A DNA stretch of 64,000 bases. It comes from Salpingoeca rosetta (taxonomy: Eukaryota; Protista; Choanoflagellata). The translations under genes and the position numbers were made by a program. The DNA lies in contig JAWQFM010000005.1 in the NCBI GenBank assembly GCA_033442325.1, forward strand, positions 1,861,665-1,925,664, read 5' to 3'. The notes below the pieces were generated by a model. The model was not told where the DNA came from. It did no database searches and saw nothing but the letters and a program-made list of their open reading frames with translations. Shown one piece after another: positions 58,718-64,000 of this stretch (its first letter is position 1; each line of letters starts with the position of its first letter).

Positions 58718-61319
58718 ACACGCACATCTTGATCAGCTCGTCGTTTGCCATGCACCATGCTCCTCACCCTCGCCTTCTCAACTCACTCAACCCATTCCCT
58801 CACCCCATCCCCTCACCCCAAACCTACACATGCAGGTGACGCAAGGCGTCCGTCCCCAGCGGGGCGCCATCCGCCTCATCTACGATGCCGACACGGGCAA
58901 GAAGGTCAAGACGTTCGAGGACCTTGAGGACGGCAAATCCTACGTCGCCGCAGGCCTGGAGCGCTTCAAGCGCATCCCATACTCGAACATTCAGGACCAG
59001 CGCACGCGCGAGCGCACCATGATGCAGGTCAGCATAAACTACACGCACAAGCAAACATACACACGTGTAACACGTGTCTCACCCTGACCTTTCCGTCACA
59101 CACACACACACGTACTCAAATCAAAGCAAGCACACAACACCACACAACACCACACACACACACACATCCGTTTACAAACTGCTGTCGCGTGCCTCACTCA
59201 CCGTCACCCCACTCACGTCTGACCCGTATCAAACACATGTGTGCGTGGCACAGAAACACAAGACGACGCTGTCTTCGGTGCAGCGCGTGATCCGGTCTGG
59301 CCGCGCCAAGAAGCTGGGCGCCGGCGTGCGTGGCAAGACCATCTACGTCACCATGAACGGTGACCTGCAGTTCAAACCCATCAAGGTGCTGGTCAACAAC
59401 CGCACCACCCCAGACATTGAACACCTCTACGATGAAATTGGCAAGAAGGTCAAGGCCTACACCGTCGAAACCATCACAAAGGTACCGTATGTGTGTGTGT
59501 GTGTGTGGATGTGTGTGTGTGCGTGTGTGAATGCTGTGTGTAGTTGGATGCTGTGTCGTGGTGGTGCGGGCGTGCACGCGCATGTTTGTGCGTGTGTTGT
59601 TTGCTTGTTATCGTGTTGGACGGACCCCGTGCGCTGATTGCTTGTGTGTACGAGTGGAGAATCTTCCCAATCTGCGTGGTGGCCTGATGTTCTCGCACAC
59701 CACCAGTCCACTGCTTGTTCTCACCCACTACACACACACACACACACACACGCACACGTGTGTCATCGCGCAACAGGTGTACGACATCAACGGGCGTCGC
59801 ATCCGTTCGCTGGACGGCGTGTCCGATGGCGGCCAATATGTCGCAGTCACGCGCGGCCGCTTCAAGGCCCTGCCTTACTTCTCCCCGGTCCCCATCAGCC
59901 AGTCTTCCCCTGCAAAGATGTGCGTTTGCCTCTACTGTGTGCATGGTCGTTGCTATGTTCCGTGTCCATGCGTCCTTGCCTGTGCGGCAGAGCGCGCATT
60001 TCGTTTGCTCGTGCGGTTATCGCCCCTGTCTTACTCTCAGCTGTCCCCTCAACTACCGCCTACCCACCATTTTCTCACCCTTTTCTCACACAATGACACA
60101 CACACACACACTCACACACATGCGCTTGTTCTGTTTGAATTACACCCCCAACCTTGTGCTCAGGGCCATCAAGCTGCGCAGCGACCTGCGCTATCAGAAG
60201 AACAAGAAGTACAAGAAGAACGGCAGCCCAACAAAACTGGCGCCCATGGGTGCGTACCAGAACGGCAACAGCAAGGCCGCCTCCAACAACGCGTCCCCAG
60301 TCAAGCCCGCGAAGAAGCCGCAGCAGGCGCAGTCGCCCGTGCAGGCCAAGCCGTCACCGCCGAAGAAGCTCGCGCCCGCAGAGAAGGTGCAGAGCTACAA
60401 CGTCACAGTCGTCACGGGCAGCGATGCCTCGCACGCGACCGACGCCAACGTGTACCTGACCATCCACGGCAGCAAGGGCGACACGCGCCGCGAACCGCTT
60501 CGTGAGGACTCGGACAACTTTGACGTGAGTGAACCCCCGGCCCACGCAACACACAGGCGTGGAGGGGAGATAGAGAATGGAGTGGAGAGGAAGGGAAAGG
60601 GGGGGGGGGCGGTTCGGTATTCTGCAACGAGTCTTTCTGACTCTTGTGGTGTTTTACCGCGGGAGTGTCAGCGTCATGTTGGCGTTCCTGCAGCTGTGCA
60701 TGTGGGTGTCCTTTTGTGTTGATGCTGTTTGACCGCGGCATTATTTCCCGTCCATTTTTGTACATCCATGTGTTCGTTCCACTCGCATGCGTTATGCATG
60801 TGCTGCTACATCCACTCGCCCACTCGCGCGCTTTGTGGCCACCACCGATGCCATTGGTTTTGTTGTTGTTGTTTTTATTTCATTTATTTTTTAATTTTAA
60901 TTTTTGGCTTCTCCGCCACACAATCGCAGGCTGGCAACGAGGACGTGTTTGCTGTTGAGAGCAAGTCCATTGGCGACATCACGGCCATCACGCTGGAGCA
61001 GGATGACTCTGGCGCCAGCAGCGCGTGGTTTGTTGAGCGCGTCACGGTCCGCGATACTGTGACCAACAAGCGCATCGTCTTTGAAGTGCACGACTGGCTC
61101 GCCACAGACCGCGGCAACATGACGGTTCGTGCACACGCGGGTGTGTGTGTGTGTGTGTGTGTATCTTTGCTTGTGAGAGAGAGTGTGTGTGTTGCTTTGC
61201 TTGTGAGAGTGTGTACATACTTGTGTGGTTGTGTTGTTTTCGATTCTGCAGTGCATGTCACTCACATTAACGGGCACCCACTGCAACCCCCCCCCCACAC
61301 GCGCGCGCACACACACACA

Positions 61320-61351
<32 letters not shown>

Positions 61352-62375
61352 TATGCAGAACAAGATCCGCGTGGAGGCTGATGGCTCGCACAAGAAGAAG
61401 AAGAAGAAGGCCAACGGTGCAGTGCGCGATGAGATGGCTGCGCCAACACGGGAGCAGGCTGATGCTGTCGAGGATACGGCAGACACCATGGAGGACCGGC
61501 CCGTGAAGGAAGCGCGCGCCGCTGTTGTTGATGACGACGACGTGGATGATACGCCGTCCATTAGCACGGGCAAGTTCCAGGGTGCGGAGAAGGAGATTAA
61601 GGCTGCGTTGCAGGATCCACAGCAGCTCAAGGCCTTTTGGCGGCAGCTCGACTTCAACGGCAACAACATTGTCAGCCTGGCCGAGATTGACAAGTTTGTG
61701 GTACGTCAGCATGTGTGAGTGTGTTGTGCGTTTCGTGAGTGAGTGAGTGTGTGTGCGGTCGCTCTGCGCGCGTGTGGGTTTATTTGTTTGCATTGCCTGT
61801 CTCAATACGTCCAACACAACACACGCGCGCGCACACACATGCACAACAAACACACTCACACGCACACATACACGCTCGCACACACACATACACGCATGCA
61901 CACATACACAAACATACACACTCTCACACACACATACACCCCCTCCCTCCCTCACACACACACACACACACACGTGCAGGTTGAGCGGTTTCCAGTGCTG
62001 AACAACAAGCCTGCTCTGATGCGGGCGTACAAGAAGACGACGCTGCGCGATGGCGATGGCGACTCGTGGGTGGAGAAGAAGGAGTTCCCTGCGCTCCTGT
62101 CCAACCTGCTCTACTTCAACTGCCTGTTTGACGCCTTTGACGACATTGACACGGACGACGACCGGCGCGTGGACTTTGAGGAGTTCAAGAAGGGCCTGAA
62201 GGTGCTGGACATGAAGATGGGCGAGCAGGACGCGCGCGATGAGTTTGCGCTCATGGACGAGAACGGCGGCGGCGTTGTGCTGTTTGACGAGTTTGCGGCG
62301 TGGGCTGCCCAGTCTGCCTGCCCCGTCAACGACGTGGTCATGACCGAGTTCACCACATCCGATGACAAGATCTGA
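58204..62375 (+). CDS. Two doublecortin (DCX) domains, PLAT/LH2 domain and calflagin-like EF-hand domain
   Basis: DCX: [15 protein letters not shown]...[20 protein letters not shown] and [14 protein letters not shown]...VYDINGRRI...[12 protein letters not shown]: YNVTVVTGS...[15 protein letters not shown]...[10 protein letters not shown] hands: [45 protein letters not shown] exons; stop at 62373-62375. Confidence 0.9.
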
Positions 62376-64000
62376 TGACGGTCACATGCGCCTGCAGTGG
62401 TGTGTGCGTGTGCTCGTGTGCCTGCAGTGGTGTGTGCGTGTTCGTGCGCGTGCTTGTGCGCGTGCTTGTGCGCGTGCTTGTATGTGATAGAAGCCTTTTA
62501 TGTAGACGCCTTTTTTTCTTTTCTTTTCTTTCCTTTTCGTTTCTTCGTTCCGATGTTGTCCTCTCGCTGTCAGACACGTATCATCGCTGGTTGTTTGCTT
62601 CTTTGCGGGGGGGGGGGCAACTGTTTTGTTTGTCTCCATTGTAATGTGGCGCGTTTAGGTCTTGATGGTGGTTGCCTGGCGTTACACCTTTTTGCCCAAT
62701 GACTGCATCTTCCACCTTGATGGGGACTGTTTCGTTCGCTGTGTGCGCGTGTGCGTGTAGTATTATGTGCTGTGTGTGTGTACGTATATGTCGTTTTGGG
62801 TGTATGTGTGTGTGTTGGTTTGTGTGATCTTGATCGTTGGGCTCCAACACGTTGTTGTGTGCTCCTTCCTCCCTCCCTCCCGCCCTCCAATCCCCTCCCC
62901 CCAACGTACACATACACACTATTCCCCACATCGTCTCCATCTCACACCACCTCACCCACAGCACTCACTCATTCTCTCTCCGGCCACATGTTGTCTTTCC
63001 TTATTGTGTGTGCGTGTGTGTGTGTGTTTTTTTTTCTTCTGTATTTCGTATTGTGATTGGCTTGTTGCACAAGTGCGCCCATCCCTGTTCCTTTCCACTC
63101 AATGCCGTAGTTGTTGCCTGTGCTTTGCTTTTTGTGTTGAGATGAGAGCATGTCTTGCTTTGTCATGTCATCTCATCGCCCTCGGTGTTTCTTACTTGGC
63201 CCCCTCTTTTTTTTTTCTCCCCTTGTTGTTGATGTGAACGAATGAACGAATGAACGAATGACACCGCTGAATCCATGGGTGATGAGGAAGCGTGGAAAGG
63301 ACAGCACTCTTGTCAACCAAGTGAAGAAGCATGACTGGCAAAGCAGTGGCCATGCCGCCATCCACCCATGCGTGGTTGAGTACCCTACCCTTCCATTTCC
63401 AGCATTTCCTCATGACACTACACGTCATTGCTTCATCTTCTCGCTGCTGCTCTGCTGCTCTGTTGCTTGATGAGTAGATTACCCATACACTTATACACTA
63501 CAGTCGCCACCCAAAACCCACTGCCACAGCAGCGCAGCAGCATGCCAAGTCCACCCATCGCAAATAATTGCTGCAGTGGGCTGCGGTGGCACTCGATGAT
63601 TGCGAAGCAAAGTGCGAAAGGGAGCTCTTGCTTCATCGGGCTTTACAACCACGTTTGGGGGCGCGAAGATGGCGCGGTTGCGACGATGTTGCTGGCACAC
63701 GCGCTTGGTTGGAAGGCCAAGCCTTGCACTGCAACAGTGGCGCCACCACAACAACCGCGCACCGATATGCCACGTTGCCAGTCAAACACTGCGCGGCAAC
63801 CAGTAACAAAAAAGTTGCCATCCCACAATCGTCTTGCTTCTTGCACATGTTGCATCGGTACGTTCAACGCGTTTCAACGAAACACCGAATGTCCATGTGG
63901 GTTGTGCATTTCGAAGCCCCGAACTTGCATGACATGCACGCACACAACCGTTATCGTTTTGCTTGCCGTTGCGCGACTGATTGGTGGTTGCGTAGGGCTC

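Overview
Intron-rich eukaryotic DNA with (CA/TG)n microsatellite introns, GT-AG splicing and four N gaps. The gene content (cadherin, receptor tyrosine kinase with HYR and CAP-Gly domains, TMEM132/cohesin protein) and intron style point to a choanoflagellate, probably Salpingoeca rosetta-like (inference). Seven genes are recognisable: (1) partial sugar-porter MFS transporter (+); (2) TMEM132-like cohesin/dockerin/TNFR/EGF type I membrane protein (-); (3) cadherin-EGF receptor (+), head-to-head with gene 2 and sharing a near-identical TM and tail; (4) C-type lectin/HYR receptor tyrosine kinase with C-terminal CAP-Gly (-); (5) nodulin-like MFS transporter (+); (6) giant Cys-repeat receptor with coiled-coil tail (-); (7) DCX-DCX-PLAT-EF-hand protein (+). 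The main anomaly is a ~400-nt compositionally foreign segment (30334-30727). It sits where a missing exon of gene 5 should be and folds by hand into a closed multi-helix RNA with a loop-loop pairing. Exon boundaries and helices were read by eye and need confirmation.
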